A stretch of DNA of 64,000 nucleotides from Ilumatobacteraceae bacterium (lineage in GTDB: Bacteria; Actinomycetota; Acidimicrobiia; Acidimicrobiales; Ilumatobacteraceae): the NCBI GenBank assembly GCA_963828415.1, contig CAWHEI010000015.1, positions 180,285 to 244,284 of the forward strand. Direction: 5' to 3'. The position numbers and the translations under genes were made by a program. The notes beneath the pieces are model-generated. The model did not search any database and was not told the DNA's origin. It worked only from the letters and a program-made list of their open reading frames with translations. Position 1 is the stretch's first letter. The number at the start of each line of letters is the position of its first letter. This document shows, piece after piece, positions 53,529 through 63,498 of this stretch.

Positions 53529-55024
53529 TGGTGGTCTCCGATCACGGCCTCGACGTAGCGATCCGGATCGAGGAGGTCTTCGGCGGTGCGCTTGGAGTAG
53601 TCGTACAGCGGTCCGGCGAAGATCATCAGCGCCACGGACAGCGCCACCACGGTCGTCGCCGCGCCGGTCATCAGATGCGGCACCCGTGACTCGTCCGATG
53701 CGATCCACGACGCGATCGCCGGATCCTCGGGTTCACCCCAGAACACACCGGACCAGATCCGCACCATCACGTACATCGTCAGGAGGCTGACGATGAGGCT
53801 GACCGCAACGATCGCCCACTCGTCGGACTCGATACCCGAGCCGACCAGTGCGAACTTGCCGACGAAACCGGAGAACGGCGGGAGTCCGGCAATGCTGAGC
53901 GCTGGCAGCGCGAACAGCACGGCGATCATCGGCGCGCTGCGCACGAGACCACCGATGCGCGACAAGCGGTCGGAGCCGGCGCGCCGCTCGACGAGGCCGG
54001 CGACGAGGAACAGCGCCGTCTTCACCACGATGTGGTGCACCACGTAGAACACCGCGGCGGCGATGCCGGCGAGCGTGAACAGGGCGAGCCCGAAGATCAT
54101 GTAGCCGATGTGGCTGACGATGTGGAACGACAGCATGCGGCGCAGGTCGTCCTGCGCGAGCGCACCCAGCACGCCGATCACCATCGTGAATCCGGCGAGC
54201 ACGAGCAGGAACGATCCCTGCTGCGCCTCAGGTGGGAAGAGCAGCGTCTGCGAGCGGATGATCGCGTACACGCCGACCTTGGTGAGCAGCCCGGCGAACA
54301 CCGCCGTGATCGCCCCTGGCGCAGTGGGGTAGCTGTCCGGCAACCAGAAGAACAGCGGGAACAGCCCGGCCTTGATGCCGAACACGAGGATCAACAGCAG
54401 CGAGAATCCGGTCCGGACACCCGCCGACAGCTCAGGGATGCGCTGGCTGAGCTCAGCCATGTTGACCGTGCCCGTCGCCGCGTAGATGAGGGCGAGCGCG
54501 GTGATGAAGAACGTCGATGCCACCAGGCTGATCACGACGTAGGACATGCCGGAGCGGACCTGCCCGGGGCGACCGCCGAGCGTGAGCAGGACGTAGCTGG
54601 CCACGAGCATCATCTCGAACGCGACGAACAGGTTGAACAGGTCGCCGGTGACGAAGCTCGCCGAGACCCCGGCCGCCAGCACCAGGTACACCGGGTTGAA
54701 CGAGGCGTACCGCGACTCCTCGGCGCCCTGGCCGATGGCGTAGATCAGCACCGACAGCAGCATCAGTGACGACACGACCAGCATCACCGCCGACAGGCGG
54801 TCGACCACCAGGGTGATGCCGAGCGGAACCTTCCAGCCGCCCGCCTGCATCACGAGGATGTCGCCATCGTCGACCTCGGTGAGCATCAGCACGCTGACGA
54901 TCACGTTGACGGTCAGTGCGAGTAGGGAAATGATGCGCTGCGCCCAACGCCACGGCGAGGTGAGCACGGCCAACGACGCGCCGAGCAGCGGCACGATGAC
55001 GGGGAGGGGGACGAGGGCGTTCAC
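53525..55024 (-). CDS. mrpD: Mrp/Mnh subunit D (NuoN/ND2-like)
   Basis: 499 aa. GTG 55024 forms GTGA with the mrpC stop. It has the proton-pump pattern (LFNLFVAFEMMLVASY, FWLPDSYPTAPGAITAVFAGLLTKVG). Confidence 0.9.
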   Translation of the reverse strand: MNALVPLPVIVPLLGASLAVLTSPWRWAQRIISLLALTVNVIVSVLMLTEVDDGDILVMQAGGWKVPLGITLVVDRLSAVMLVVSSLMLLSVLIYAIGQGAEESRYASFNPVYLVLAAGVSASFVTGDLFNLFVAFEMMLVASYVLLTLGGRPGQVRSGMSYVVISLVASTFFITALALIYAATGTVNMAELSQRIPELSAGVRTGFSLLLILVFGIKAGLFPLFFWLPDSYPTAPGAITAVFAGLLTKVGVYAIIRSQTLLFPPEAQQGSFLLVLAGFTMVIGVLGALAQDDLRRMLSFHIVSHIGYMIFGLALFTLAGIAAAVFYVVHHIVVKTALFLVAGLVERRAGSDRLSRIGGLVRSAPMIAVLFALPALSIAGLPPFSGFVGKFALVGSGIESDEWAIVAVSLIVSLLTMYVMVRIWSGVFWGEPEDPAIASWIASDESRVPHLMTGAATTVVALSVALMIFAGPLYDYSKRTAEDLLDPDRYVEAVIGDHQ

Positions 55025-55440
55025 CGACGATCCTCGTCTCGCGCTTGCTCGCGTTCGGCCAGCACCTCTTCTTCGACCATCTGGTCGCCGTCGCGGCGAC
55101 GAGCGATGAACCGGTCCTCGACATCGTCCTCGACGACGTCGTCGTGGGTGATCCGCCAGCTGCGGTAGCCGAGCGCGAGGAGGAACGCGGTGACGCCGAA
55201 CGTGATCACGATCGAGGTGAGCGCAAGGGCCTGCGGAAGCGGGTCGGCGAAGTCGGTGGGGTCGGCGGTGCCGATGATCGGCGCCACCCCGCGCCCCGTG
55301 CCCGAGGTGAGCAGCAGGATGTTCGAGCCGTGCCCGATGAGGCCCACCCCGATCAGGATGCGCGACAGCCGTCGCTGCAGCAGGAGGTACGTGCCGGAGG
55401 CGAACAGGAACGCCGCCGCGAAGGCGAGGAGCACGCTCAT
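55021..55440 (-). CDS. mrpC: Mrp/Mnh subunit C (NuoK-like)
   Basis: 139 aa (FASGTYLLLQRRLSRILIGVGLIGHGSNILLL). ATGA overlap with the mrpB stop. Confidence 0.9.
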   Translation of the reverse strand: MSVLLAFAAAFLFASGTYLLLQRRLSRILIGVGLIGHGSNILLLTSGTGRGVAPIIGTADPTDFADPLPQALALTSIVITFGVTAFLLALGYRSWRITHDDVVEDDVEDRFIARRRDGDQMVEEEVLAEREQARDEDRR

Positions 55441-55973
55441 GGTTGCACCTGTCCGCGGGCACGCCCTGTCGATCCGGTCGGGTCGTCGCTGCCGTCGTCG
55501 CTCGCATCGGGAGCGTTCGGAAGGTCCTCACCGAATGCGGCGAACGCCATCAGGATCAGACCGATGACGACGAAGTCCACGCCGAGGTCGAACGTGAGCG
55601 CACTGGTGACCTTCACCTTGTCGAACACCGGCAGGTGGAACTCGACGTCGCCGTGTTCGAGGATCGTGCCGCCGAAGAGCAGCGGCAGGAACGCGGTGAA
55701 CGCAGACAGGAACAGGCCGGTTCCGAGGATCACGTGTGGCGGAAGACGGAACGTCGAGCGAACGGCGGCTGCACCGCCGGACACGTACCGCAGCGCGAGC
55801 GCTGCTCCGACGACGAGGCCGCCGACGAATCCGCCACCCGGCCGGTTGTGGCCGGAGAACACGAAGTAGATGGCGAGCACCAGGATCGACGGATAGAGGA
55901 TTCGGATCGACGTGTCGAGGATGAGGATCCGCCGGTCGCGGGTGGCGCCGGTCGGCGACATGGTGCGGCTCAT
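55437..55973 (-). CDS. mrpB: Mrp/Mnh subunit B
   Basis: 178 aa from ATG 55973, with an ATGA overlap with the mrpA stop. It has the motif VFSGHNRPGGGFVGGL. Confidence 0.85.
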   Translation of the reverse strand: MSRTMSPTGATRDRRILILDTSIRILYPSILVLAIYFVFSGHNRPGGGFVGGLVVGAALALRYVSGGAAAVRSTFRLPPHVILGTGLFLSAFTAFLPLLFGGTILEHGDVEFHLPVFDKVKVTSALTFDLGVDFVVIGLILMAFAAFGEDLPNAPDASDDGSDDPTGSTGRARGQVQP

Positions 55974-58360
55974 CGCAACGCCTCGGGCAGCTTGGTGTCG
56001 TCGCCAACGTCGAGGATCTCCTCGAACACCGGTGCGTCGACGTCGTTGCGGCGTCGTCCCGGTCGGGCAAGGCTGACCGCGCCGATCGCCGCCACCAGCA
56101 GCACCGTGATCTCGCCCATCGTGTCCCAACCGCGGAAGTCGACGAGGATCACGTTGACGACGTTGGCCCCCTTGCCCTTCGGCAACGAGTTCTCGATCAT
56201 CACCTCGGACATCGACGGCTCGTCGACGTCGGAGCGCGCGTTGCTCGCCGATAGGGCGAACACGAACACCGCCACCCCGATGGCGCCGGCGACCGCGATC
56301 CGCATCGGCGCCGCGATCGCCGGGGCACGGTGCCGCCACGAACGCGGCAGGAACCGAAGGACCAACACGAACAGCACGGTGCTGAGCGTCTCGATCGAGA
56401 ACTGGGTGAGCGCGAGGTCTGGCGCTCCCTGCGCGACGTAGAGCCCCGCCATCGCATAGCCGACCGCTCCGAGCATCAGCGCGGCGGCGATGCGGTGTCG
56501 AACGATGCATGCGCCGAGTCCTGCGGCCACCATGATCGCCACCAGTGCGACGTGGGCGGGCGTCTCGACGAACTGCGGAAGGGCGTCGAGTTCGGAGGCG
56601 AACGCGGCGAGTGGCACGATCGTGACGGTCAGCATGATGACGGCGAGGTAGATCGGCAGCGACCCGTTCTGCACGGTGGCGGTGACCCGGGTCGAGACCA
56701 CCGAGATCGAACGGAGCACGGCGAGGAATCCCTGCTCGGTCGAGGGGACGGCTCGCAGCCCGTCCGATGCGCGGGTCTGCAGATCGGCGACGGGAGCGCG
56801 CAGCACGGTGAGCGCGATGCCGCACGCAATGATCACCGCCGACAACAGCAGCGCCGTGTTGAAGCCGGCGAACAGCTCGACCGGTTTGGGCTCCGAGCCC
56901 GGATACAGCGTGATCGTCGCCGCTTCGATCAAGCCGTCGACGAGGACCGGCGCGACTCCGAACAGCACCGTCGCGATCGACAGCACGACGGACGGGCCGA
57001 CGAACACCGCCGAGGGTGCGTGAGCATCGAGGGACACGACCGTGCGATCGCCTTCCCCGAATGACCCGAAGATGCCCAAGACGAAGCGAGCCGAGTAGGC
57101 GAACGTGAGGATCGACGCCAGCACGATCACGACGAGCGTCGCGGAGCCGCCGGCGAAATCGGCGTACTCGAGGTAGCCGTCGAGCGCCTTCTCCTTCGCG
57201 ATGAAGCCGAACAATGGCGGAAGTCCGGCCATCGACGCCGCGCTGATCACGGCGACGACCTTGAGGACACGCCACCCGGGTGCCGACGAGAACCCGTGGA
57301 GCTCGCGGATGTCGCGGGTGCCGGTCTCGTGATCGACGATGCCGACCACCATGAACAGCGCCGCCTTGAACGCGCCGTGGGCGAGGATCAGCACGATGCC
57401 GGCCTCAGCGATGTGATAGTCGCCGACGCCGAAGAGCAACATCATGAACCCGAGCTGACTGACGGTGCCGTAGGCGAGCAGCAGCTTCAGGTCGTGCTGA
57501 CGAAGCGCACGAAGGCCGCCGACGAGCATCGTGGTGGCCCCGACGATCAGCACGAGCGCCCGCCAGCTGCCGGTGAGGGCGAACATCGGTGCGAGGCGCG
57601 CCACGAGGTAGACGCCCGCCTTCACCATCGTGGCCGAGTGCAGGTACGCACTCACCGGCGTCGGGGCGACCATGGCCGCCGGCAGCCAGCTGCTGAACGG
57701 GGCCTGCGCCGACTTGGTGAACGCGCCGATCAGCACCAGCACCAGGCCGGCATTGACCACCCCACCCGAGGGTGGATCGACCAGCAGTTCGGAGATCCGA
57801 TAGGTGCCACCGGCCTGGCCGATGATGATCAGCCCGGCGAGCATCGCCAACCCGCCGGCGCCGGTGATGAAGATCGCCTGCAGGGCGGCGGCACGCGCTC
57901 GCGGATTGGTGTCGTCGTTGCCGATGAGGAGGTACGACGTGACCGACGTGAGTTCCCAGAAGATGAACAGCGCGATGAGCTGATCAGACAGGACCACGCC
58001 GAGCATGGCCCCGGCGAACAGCGTGAGCACGCCGGCGAGGCGAGCGAGTCCGGGCTTGTCGTGACTGAAGTAGCCGAGCGAGTACACGCAGATCAACAGG
58101 CCGATGCCGGACACGAGCGCCACCATGACGAGCGCGAACGCATCGAGACGGAGGTCGATCGTGATGCCGAGTTGCTCGACCCAGGCGAACGACTCGGTCA
58201 CCGGTTCGCCGTCGATGACCGCGCTCGCTCGGGCCGCAGCCCAGATCACCGTCGCCAACGGCGCGACCGCGGCGACCAGGAACGCCCGCCGTCCGAGCGC
58301 GCGGCCGGCGGCGACGATGCCGATGCCGACGACGAGGTGGAGGGTGAGGAGGAAGAACAT
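55970..58360 (-). CDS. mrpA: Mrp/Mnh subunit A (NuoL/ND5-like)
   Basis: 796 aa with many TM helices and the motifs FIFWELTSVTSYLLIG and SAQAPFSSWLPAAMVAPTPVSAYLHSATMVKAG. Confidence 0.92.
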   Translation of the reverse strand: MFFLLTLHLVVGIGIVAAGRALGRRAFLVAAVAPLATVIWAAARASAVIDGEPVTESFAWVEQLGITIDLRLDAFALVMVALVSGIGLLICVYSLGYFSHDKPGLARLAGVLTLFAGAMLGVVLSDQLIALFIFWELTSVTSYLLIGNDDTNPRARAAALQAIFITGAGGLAMLAGLIIIGQAGGTYRISELLVDPPSGGVVNAGLVLVLIGAFTKSAQAPFSSWLPAAMVAPTPVSAYLHSATMVKAGVYLVARLAPMFALTGSWRALVLIVGATTMLVGGLRALRQHDLKLLLAYGTVSQLGFMMLLFGVGDYHIAEAGIVLILAHGAFKAALFMVVGIVDHETGTRDIRELHGFSSAPGWRVLKVVAVISAASMAGLPPLFGFIAKEKALDGYLEYADFAGGSATLVVIVLASILTFAYSARFVLGIFGSFGEGDRTVVSLDAHAPSAVFVGPSVVLSIATVLFGVAPVLVDGLIEAATITLYPGSEPKPVELFAGFNTALLLSAVIIACGIALTVLRAPVADLQTRASDGLRAVPSTEQGFLAVLRSISVVSTRVTATVQNGSLPIYLAVIMLTVTIVPLAAFASELDALPQFVETPAHVALVAIMVAAGLGACIVRHRIAAALMLGAVGYAMAGLYVAQGAPDLALTQFSIETLSTVLFVLVLRFLPRSWRHRAPAIAAPMRIAVAGAIGVAVFVFALSASNARSDVDEPSMSEVMIENSLPKGKGANVVNVILVDFRGWDTMGEITVLLVAAIGAVSLARPGRRRNDVDAPVFEEILDVGDDTKLPEALR

Positions 58361-58470
58361 CTGGCCGGGCCGACGATACGCGTTGCGTCGGCGAGCAGCC
58401 GCACTTCGCGACCGTGCTGTGCGTCGTGGTCGCTTTGGCCGGGTTACCGGTCGGTAGCTAGCTTGCGCGT

Positions 58471-59322
58471 ATGGGAACGATCAGCACCGTTGGAATCATC
58501 GGATCCGGGATCATGGGCTCGGGCCTCGCCGAAGTCGCCGCCCGAGCAGGCTTCGACGTCGTCGTGCGCTCGCGCACACAAGCCGGCGCCGACGCCGTGT
58601 TGCACGGCATCGATGCGGGACTCACCAAGCAGGTGGCTCGCGAGCGCCTGACCGAGGACGAGCGTCAGGCCATCCTCGGGCGGATCTCGGTGACCGACGA
58701 CCTGCACGGGCTCAAGGACTGCGACCTCGTGATCGAGAGCATCGTCGAGGACATGGCGACCAAGCGCGAACTGTTCGAACACCTCGACCGCATCGTGAAG
58801 CCCGAGGCGATCATCGCCACCAACACCTCGACGCTCGCCGTCGTCGAGTTGGCGATGACCACCGAGCGGCCCGACAAGGTCTGCGGCATCCACTTCTTCA
58901 ACCCGGCTCCGATGATGAAGCTCGTCGAGGTGATCAAGCCGCTGACGGCGTCGGACGACACGATCACGACGGCGCTCGAGTTCGCCGCCGCTTGCGGCAA
59001 GGACGCCGTGCAGGTCGAGGATCGCGCCGGCTTCATCGTCAACGCGCTGCTCTTCCCGTACCTCAACAACGCGATCCGCATGTGGGAGAACGGGACCGCC
59101 TCGATGGACGACATCGACACGGCGATGATGGGCGGCTGCAACTTCCCGATGGGGCCGTTCGCGCTGCTCGACCTCGTCGGCCTCGACACGTCGCTGGCGA
59201 TCCTCGACGCCCTGTATGCCGAGTTCCGCGACCCGAACTTCGCCGCCGCCCCGGCATTGCGCCGCATGGTCGCAGCGGGCCAGCTCGGCCGCAAGACCAA
59301 GCACGGCTTCCGCTCCTACTGA
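58471..59322 (+). CDS. 3-hydroxybutyryl-CoA (3-hydroxyacyl-CoA) dehydrogenase
   Basis: 283 aa with VGIIGSGIMGSGLA, ATNTSTL, HFFNPAPMMKLVEV, GFIVNALLFPY and GPFALLDLVGLD. Confidence 0.9.
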   Translation: MGTISTVGIIGSGIMGSGLAEVAARAGFDVVVRSRTQAGADAVLHGIDAGLTKQVARERLTEDERQAILGRISVTDDLHGLKDCDLVIESIVEDMATKRELFEHLDRIVKPEAIIATNTSTLAVVELAMTTERPDKVCGIHFFNPAPMMKLVEVIKPLTASDDTITTALEFAAACGKDAVQVEDRAGFIVNALLFPYLNNAIRMWENGTASMDDIDTAMMGGCNFPMGPFALLDLVGLDTSLAILDALYAEFRDPNFAAAPALRRMVAAGQLGRKTKHGFRSY

Positions 59323-59378
59323 ACCCGCCGTGCGCCACACGGTGCCGGGCGCGACGTGACGCTGCAACACTGAGGCGC

Positions 59379-60042
59379 GTGAGTCCGATCGAGCCGCAGC
59401 CGTCGAGATTCGCGATGCCCGATCCACTGGAGATCGAGCCTGGCGAGGACCTCGTCGCGATCGGCGCCGACCTCGAGCCGGGCACTCTGCTGACCGCCTA
59501 CCGCAACGGGCTGTTCCCGATGCCGGTCGACCCGGGCCGACGGCGCAGCAAGATGGCGTGGTTCTCGCCCGACCCACGCGGCATCATCCCGCTCGACGGG
59601 CTGCACGTGAGCCGGTCGCTGCGGCGGAGCATGCGGCGGTTCGACGTGACGATGGACACGAGGTTCACCGACGTCGTGCGCGGCATGCGCCGACCCGCAG
59701 CGGCCGGGCCGTTGGATCACAGGCCCGATCGTCGACGCGTACACAGCGCTGTTCGAACTCGGTTGGGGCCACTCGGTCGAAGTGTTCGACGACGGCGAGC
59801 TGGTCGGCGGGTTGTACGGATTGCGCATCGAGCGGTTCTTTGCCGGCGAGGCGATGTTCCACACCGGGACCGACGCGTCGAAGGCGGCGCTCGTCGCCCT
59901 CGTGGACTGGCTGAACGACACCGGCGCCGAACTGCTCGACGTCCAGTGGGTCACCGACCACCTCGCGACGCTCGGAGCCGTGGGAATCCCCCGCGCTGAA
60001 TACCTGGAGCGCTTGCGGTCCGCGGTCGTCGCCGCGGGCTGA
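59379..60042 (+). CDS. aat: leucyl/phenylalanyl-tRNA--protein transferase, apparent frameshift near 59685
   Basis: Frame 3 reads LLTAYRNGLFPMP..MAWFSPDPRGIIPLDGLHVSRSLRRS..FTDVVR. Frame 1 then continues CADPQRPGRWITGPIVDAYTALFELGWGHSVEVFDDGELVGGLYGL..FFAGEAMFH to stop 60042. Confidence 0.75.
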
Positions 60043-60051
60043 AAAATACAC

Positions 60052-60080
60052 GGAGCGGGTGGTCCGCCACCACCCGCTCC
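60052..60080 (+). terminator. stem-loop after aat (12-bp perfect stem, no U-tract)
   Basis: GGAGCGGGTGGT-ccgcc-ACCACCCGCTCC starts 10 nt after the aat stop. A second hairpin with the same CCGCC loop follows at 60090..60116. Confidence 0.5.
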
Positions 60081-60250
60081 GAGAGCTTCGCCGGCCGAAT
60101 CCGCCATTCGGCCGGCGGGGTTCCCGCCAGAGGGGAAACCTCATGGGAGCGGATCTCCCAAAGGGGGAGGGAGGAGATCCGGTCCGTTTGTCGTCCCGTG
60201 GGACGTTCAATTCTTCGGTCCGGACCGCCGTTGACTTGAGGACTTCTTCG

Positions 60251-62260
60251 ATGACCGAGCACACTCTCATCATGAGTTCATCGAACGCCGGCGCCGAGGG
60301 CGCGTCCACCCAGCCAGCGCGTACGAAGGACCGTCCGTGGATGATGCGGACCTACTCGGGCCATTCGAGTGCCGAGGCGTCGAACGAGCTGTACCGAACG
60401 AACCTCGCCAAGGGACAGACCGGTCTGTCGATTGCGTTCGACCTGCCGACCCAGACCGGCTACGACCCGGACTCGCCCATGTCGAAGGGCGAGGTCGGCA
60501 AGGTCGGCGTGCCGGTCGCTCACCTCGGTCACATGCGCACGCTGCTCGCCCAGATCCCGCCCGGCCAGATGAACACGTCGATGACGATCAACGCGACGGC
60601 GGCGTGGTTGCTGGCGCTGTACGTCGCCAACGCCGAGGAGCAGGGCACTGCGTCGAACGAACTGCGCGGCACGACGCAGAACGACATCGTCAAGGAGTAC
60701 CTGTCACGCGGCACCTACATCTTCCCGCCGGGGCCGTCGCGTCGTCTGATCGTCGACATGGTGGCGTGGTGCTCCGAACACGCTCCGCTGTGGAACCCGA
60801 TGAACGTGTGCTCGTACCACCTCCAAGAGGCAGGCGCGACGCCCGAGCAGGAGATCGCCTACTCGATGGCGACGGCGATCGGCGTGCTCGACGCGGTGCG
60901 CGATTCGGGCCAGGTGTCGCCCGAGCAGTTCAGCCAGGTGTTCGGGTCGATCTCGTTCTTCGTCAACGCGGGGATCCGCTTCGTCGAGGAGGTCTGCAAG
61001 CTGCGGGCGATGACCGACATGTGGGAGCAGATCGGTCGCGAGCGCTACGGCGTCACCGACGACAAGGCGCTGCGGTTCCGTTACGGCGTGCAGGTCAACT
61101 CGCTCGGCCTCACCGAGGCGCAGCCGGAGAACAACGTGCAGCGCATCGTGCTGGAGATGCTGGCGGTCACACTGTCGAAGCGAGCCCGGGCACGCTCGGT
61201 GCAGCTGCCGGCGTGGAACGAAGCGCTGGGGCTCCCCCGACCGTGGGATCAGCAGTGGTCGCTGCGGATGCAGCAGGTGCTGGCCTTCGAGACCGACCTG
61301 CTGGAGTACGACGACATCTTCGACGGCTCGACGGTGATCGAGGGACGCACCGAGGAACTGCGCGCGGCGGCGCAGGCCGAGCTCGATGACGTGTTGGAGA
61401 TGGGCGGCGCCTTCGAGGCGGTCGAGACGTTGAAGTCGCGATTGGTCACGTCGATGGCGGCGCGAACGCGTCGGATCGAGGCCGGCGAGCAGATCGTCGT
61501 CGGCGTCAACGACTTCGTCGAGGCGGCCGAGTCCCCGCTCGGCGGCGACGGCGCGATCCTCAAGGTCGACCCGGCGATCGAACGACAGCTGGTCGGCGAC
61601 CTCGCCGAGTGGCGATCGGTGCGAGATCAGGCTGCGGTCGATGCGGCGCTCGCCGAGCTCCGGGCGGCGGCCGAATCCGGCGACAACGTGATGCCACCGT
61701 CGATCGCGCTCGCCCGTGCAGGGGGCACGACCGGCGAATGGGGCGACGTGATGCGCTCGGTGTTCGGCGAGTACCGGGCACCGACCGGCGTCAGCGGCGC
61801 CACTGGGTCGGCGCAGGGCCTCGGCGAGGTCGTCGAGTTCGTGAAGTCGATGGCGGGCGGACCGCCGAAGTTCCTCGTCGCCAAACCCGGCCTCGACGGA
61901 CATTCGAACGGCGCCGAGCAGATCGCCGTGGCGGCCCGCGACTCGGGGATGGAGGTCGTGTACTCGGGCATCCGGTCGACCCCGGAACAGATCGCCGCGT
62001 CGGCGCGCGACGAGGATCCAGATGTGATCGGGTTGTCGATCCTGTCGGGCTCGCACCTCGACCTGGTCCCCGACGTGCTCGGCCACCTGAAGGCGATGGG
62101 CGTGGAAGCCCCGGTGATCGTCGGCGGGATCATCCCGGAGGACGACCGTCCCCGCCTGGCGGAGCTCGGCATCGCTGCGGTCTACACCCCGAAAGACTTC
62201 CAACTCGCCAAGATCATGCGCGACGTCGCCGACCTCGCCGTCGCCCACCGCACCCCCTGA
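60251..62260 (+). CDS. meaA: B12-dependent acyl-CoA mutase, MeaA/ethylmalonyl-CoA-mutase-like (fused catalytic + cobalamin domains)
   Basis: 669 aa from ATG 60251. It has the N-terminal signature RPWMMRTYSGHSSAEASNELYRTNLAKGQTGLSIAFDLPTQTGYDPD and the C-terminal B12 domain LVAKPGLDGHSNGAEQIAV..IGLSILSGSH. Confidence 0.88.
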   Translation: MTEHTLIMSSSNAGAEGASTQPARTKDRPWMMRTYSGHSSAEASNELYRTNLAKGQTGLSIAFDLPTQTGYDPDSPMSKGEVGKVGVPVAHLGHMRTLLAQIPPGQMNTSMTINATAAWLLALYVANAEEQGTASNELRGTTQNDIVKEYLSRGTYIFPPGPSRRLIVDMVAWCSEHAPLWNPMNVCSYHLQEAGATPEQEIAYSMATAIGVLDAVRDSGQVSPEQFSQVFGSISFFVNAGIRFVEEVCKLRAMTDMWEQIGRERYGVTDDKALRFRYGVQVNSLGLTEAQPENNVQRIVLEMLAVTLSKRARARSVQLPAWNEALGLPRPWDQQWSLRMQQVLAFETDLLEYDDIFDGSTVIEGRTEELRAAAQAELDDVLEMGGAFEAVETLKSRLVTSMAARTRRIEAGEQIVVGVNDFVEAAESPLGGDGAILKVDPAIERQLVGDLAEWRSVRDQAAVDAALAELRAAAESGDNVMPPSIALARAGGTTGEWGDVMRSVFGEYRAPTGVSGATGSAQGLGEVVEFVKSMAGGPPKFLVAKPGLDGHSNGAEQIAVAARDSGMEVVYSGIRSTPEQIAASARDEDPDVIGLSILSGSHLDLVPDVLGHLKAMGVEAPVIVGGIIPEDDRPRLAELGIAAVYTPKDFQLAKIMRDVADLAVAHRTP

Positions 62261-62272
62261 CGTCGACGTTTC

Positions 62273-62373
62273 TGTCAGCACCCAGCGCCGCTCTTCCTCT
62301 CGGCGCTGACACAAACCCTGACGATCGATCTGTGTCAGCACTGAGGGCTCCGTGGGGCCTGCAAGCTGACACA
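62273..62373. repeat. Family C hairpin pair (left flank of the AbiEi/DUF559 gene)
   Basis: TGTCAGC..GCTGACA is at 62273-62311 and TGTGTCAGCA..GCTGACACA at 62331-62373. The terminal stems are conserved and the ~20-nt interiors are variable. Confidence 0.85.
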
Positions 62374-62401
62374 GATTCGACGACAGGTCGGGTGCGGTCG
62401 G

Positions 62402-63313
62402 TCAGGTGCAGCGGGCGAGCGCGGCCCTGGTCTCCGCGATCACCGCCTCCGGACCCTGCACGATGTCGTCGTAGGTGAACTGGTACGGCAGTCGCCCCTC
62501 CGCGAGCAGCGCGTTCGTCCGAGCAGTGTCGCGACCGAGTTGCTCTTTGGTGCGGTGGTAGCGGTAGCCGAGGACCTCCACCACCACGGGGGTTCCCGGA
62601 AACTCGAAGTCGACGCGGACGAGGTGGCCTCTCGCCGAGGTGACCACCTGCTGGAGTTGCGGAAGCGGGAGGCCCGCACCTCGCAGGAGCCGGATGTATT
62701 CGCGTTCGAGCCAGCTGTGCGCGCCCTCGGCGTTCTCGATCGCTTCGAGGAGCCGGGGAACACCGTGACGGCCGGAGTTGCGCAACGCCACGATCCGACG
62801 GTGCAGCAACTCGGGGCTGAACCTGCCGTCACGCAGCCCGCTCTCGTACGACGCAGCCAGTCGTTCGATGGGTTCGCGGCGAGCCAGGTCGATCAGGGTT
62901 CGGGCACCCGACAGTGCAGGTACGTCGCCGACGACGCACCGATCGATGATGTCAAGACGTGTGGTGGTGTGGATGCGATGGCCGATCCGTTGCACGTCGC
63001 GACCGCGCAGAATCGTGACATCGAACGGAACGCGGAGTCGGTAGCCGTCGAATCCATGGAGCGCTGCAGCGGTGGGTCCGCTCGCCCACGCATCACCGCC
63101 GATGTCGAGCAGCAACGCCCGGAGGTCGGCGATCGCAGTGGTCGGTGCGCCGGGCAACCGGAAGGTGTCCGTTCCGACTTGGACGAGGGAGCCGCTCGTG
63201 ACTCGGCTCCGAAGCTGTGCGTTGGTCACCCCAACGCCGTTCGCCTGCCGCCGTGACAGCAGGCCCAGCTGACCAGTCGCGACCGCCACGATTCGGCGGT
63301 AGGTGTTGGTCAT
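62402..63313 (-). CDS. AbiEi-like N-terminal domain + DUF559 (Vsr-like endonuclease fold) protein
   Basis: 303 aa from ATG 63313, preceded by a G-run. The N-terminus is GQLGLLSRRQANGVGVTNAQLRSRVTSGSLVQVGTDTFRL. The C-terminus is VRVDFEFPGTPVVVEVLGYRYHRTKEQLGRDTARTNALLAEGRLPYQFTYDDI. Confidence 0.8.
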   Translation of the reverse strand: MTNTYRRIVAVATGQLGLLSRRQANGVGVTNAQLRSRVTSGSLVQVGTDTFRLPGAPTTAIADLRALLLDIGGDAWASGPTAAALHGFDGYRLRVPFDVTILRGRDVQRIGHRIHTTTRLDIIDRCVVGDVPALSGARTLIDLARREPIERLAASYESGLRDGRFSPELLHRRIVALRNSGRHGVPRLLEAIENAEGAHSWLEREYIRLLRGAGLPLPQLQQVVTSARGHLVRVDFEFPGTPVVVEVLGYRYHRTKEQLGRDTARTNALLAEGRLPYQFTYDDIVQGPEAVIAETRAALARCT

Positions 63314-63397
63314 CCCCCCATCGTGACGAGGGGGTGTCACAGCGCGTGATCGATCCCGCAGACAGCGAGGAAATCCGACGCTCAGACCGAACCCGTT

Positions 63398-63498
63398 TGT
63401 GTCAGCACGGAGAGTCATTGGGGCGCTTGGTGCTGACACAGATCACACGGCTGAATTTGTGTCAGCGCCGAGCGATGCTCTGAGCCTCGGGGCTGACA
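63398..63498. repeat. Family C hairpin pair (right flank of the AbiEi/DUF559 gene)
   Basis: TGTGTCAGCAC..GTGCTGACACA is at 63398-63440, with an 11-bp perfect stem. TGTGTCAGC..GCTGACA is at 63458-63498. Confidence 0.85.

Noticed and set aside
60043-60250. Cobalamin riboswitch upstream of the B12-dependent mutase.
   Set aside because: I could not find a B12-box-like element (GCCACTG-type) or the conserved GGGAA/CCGGTG core by eye. The hairpins do not follow the riboswitch architecture. The region is kept only as an unexplained structured leader.
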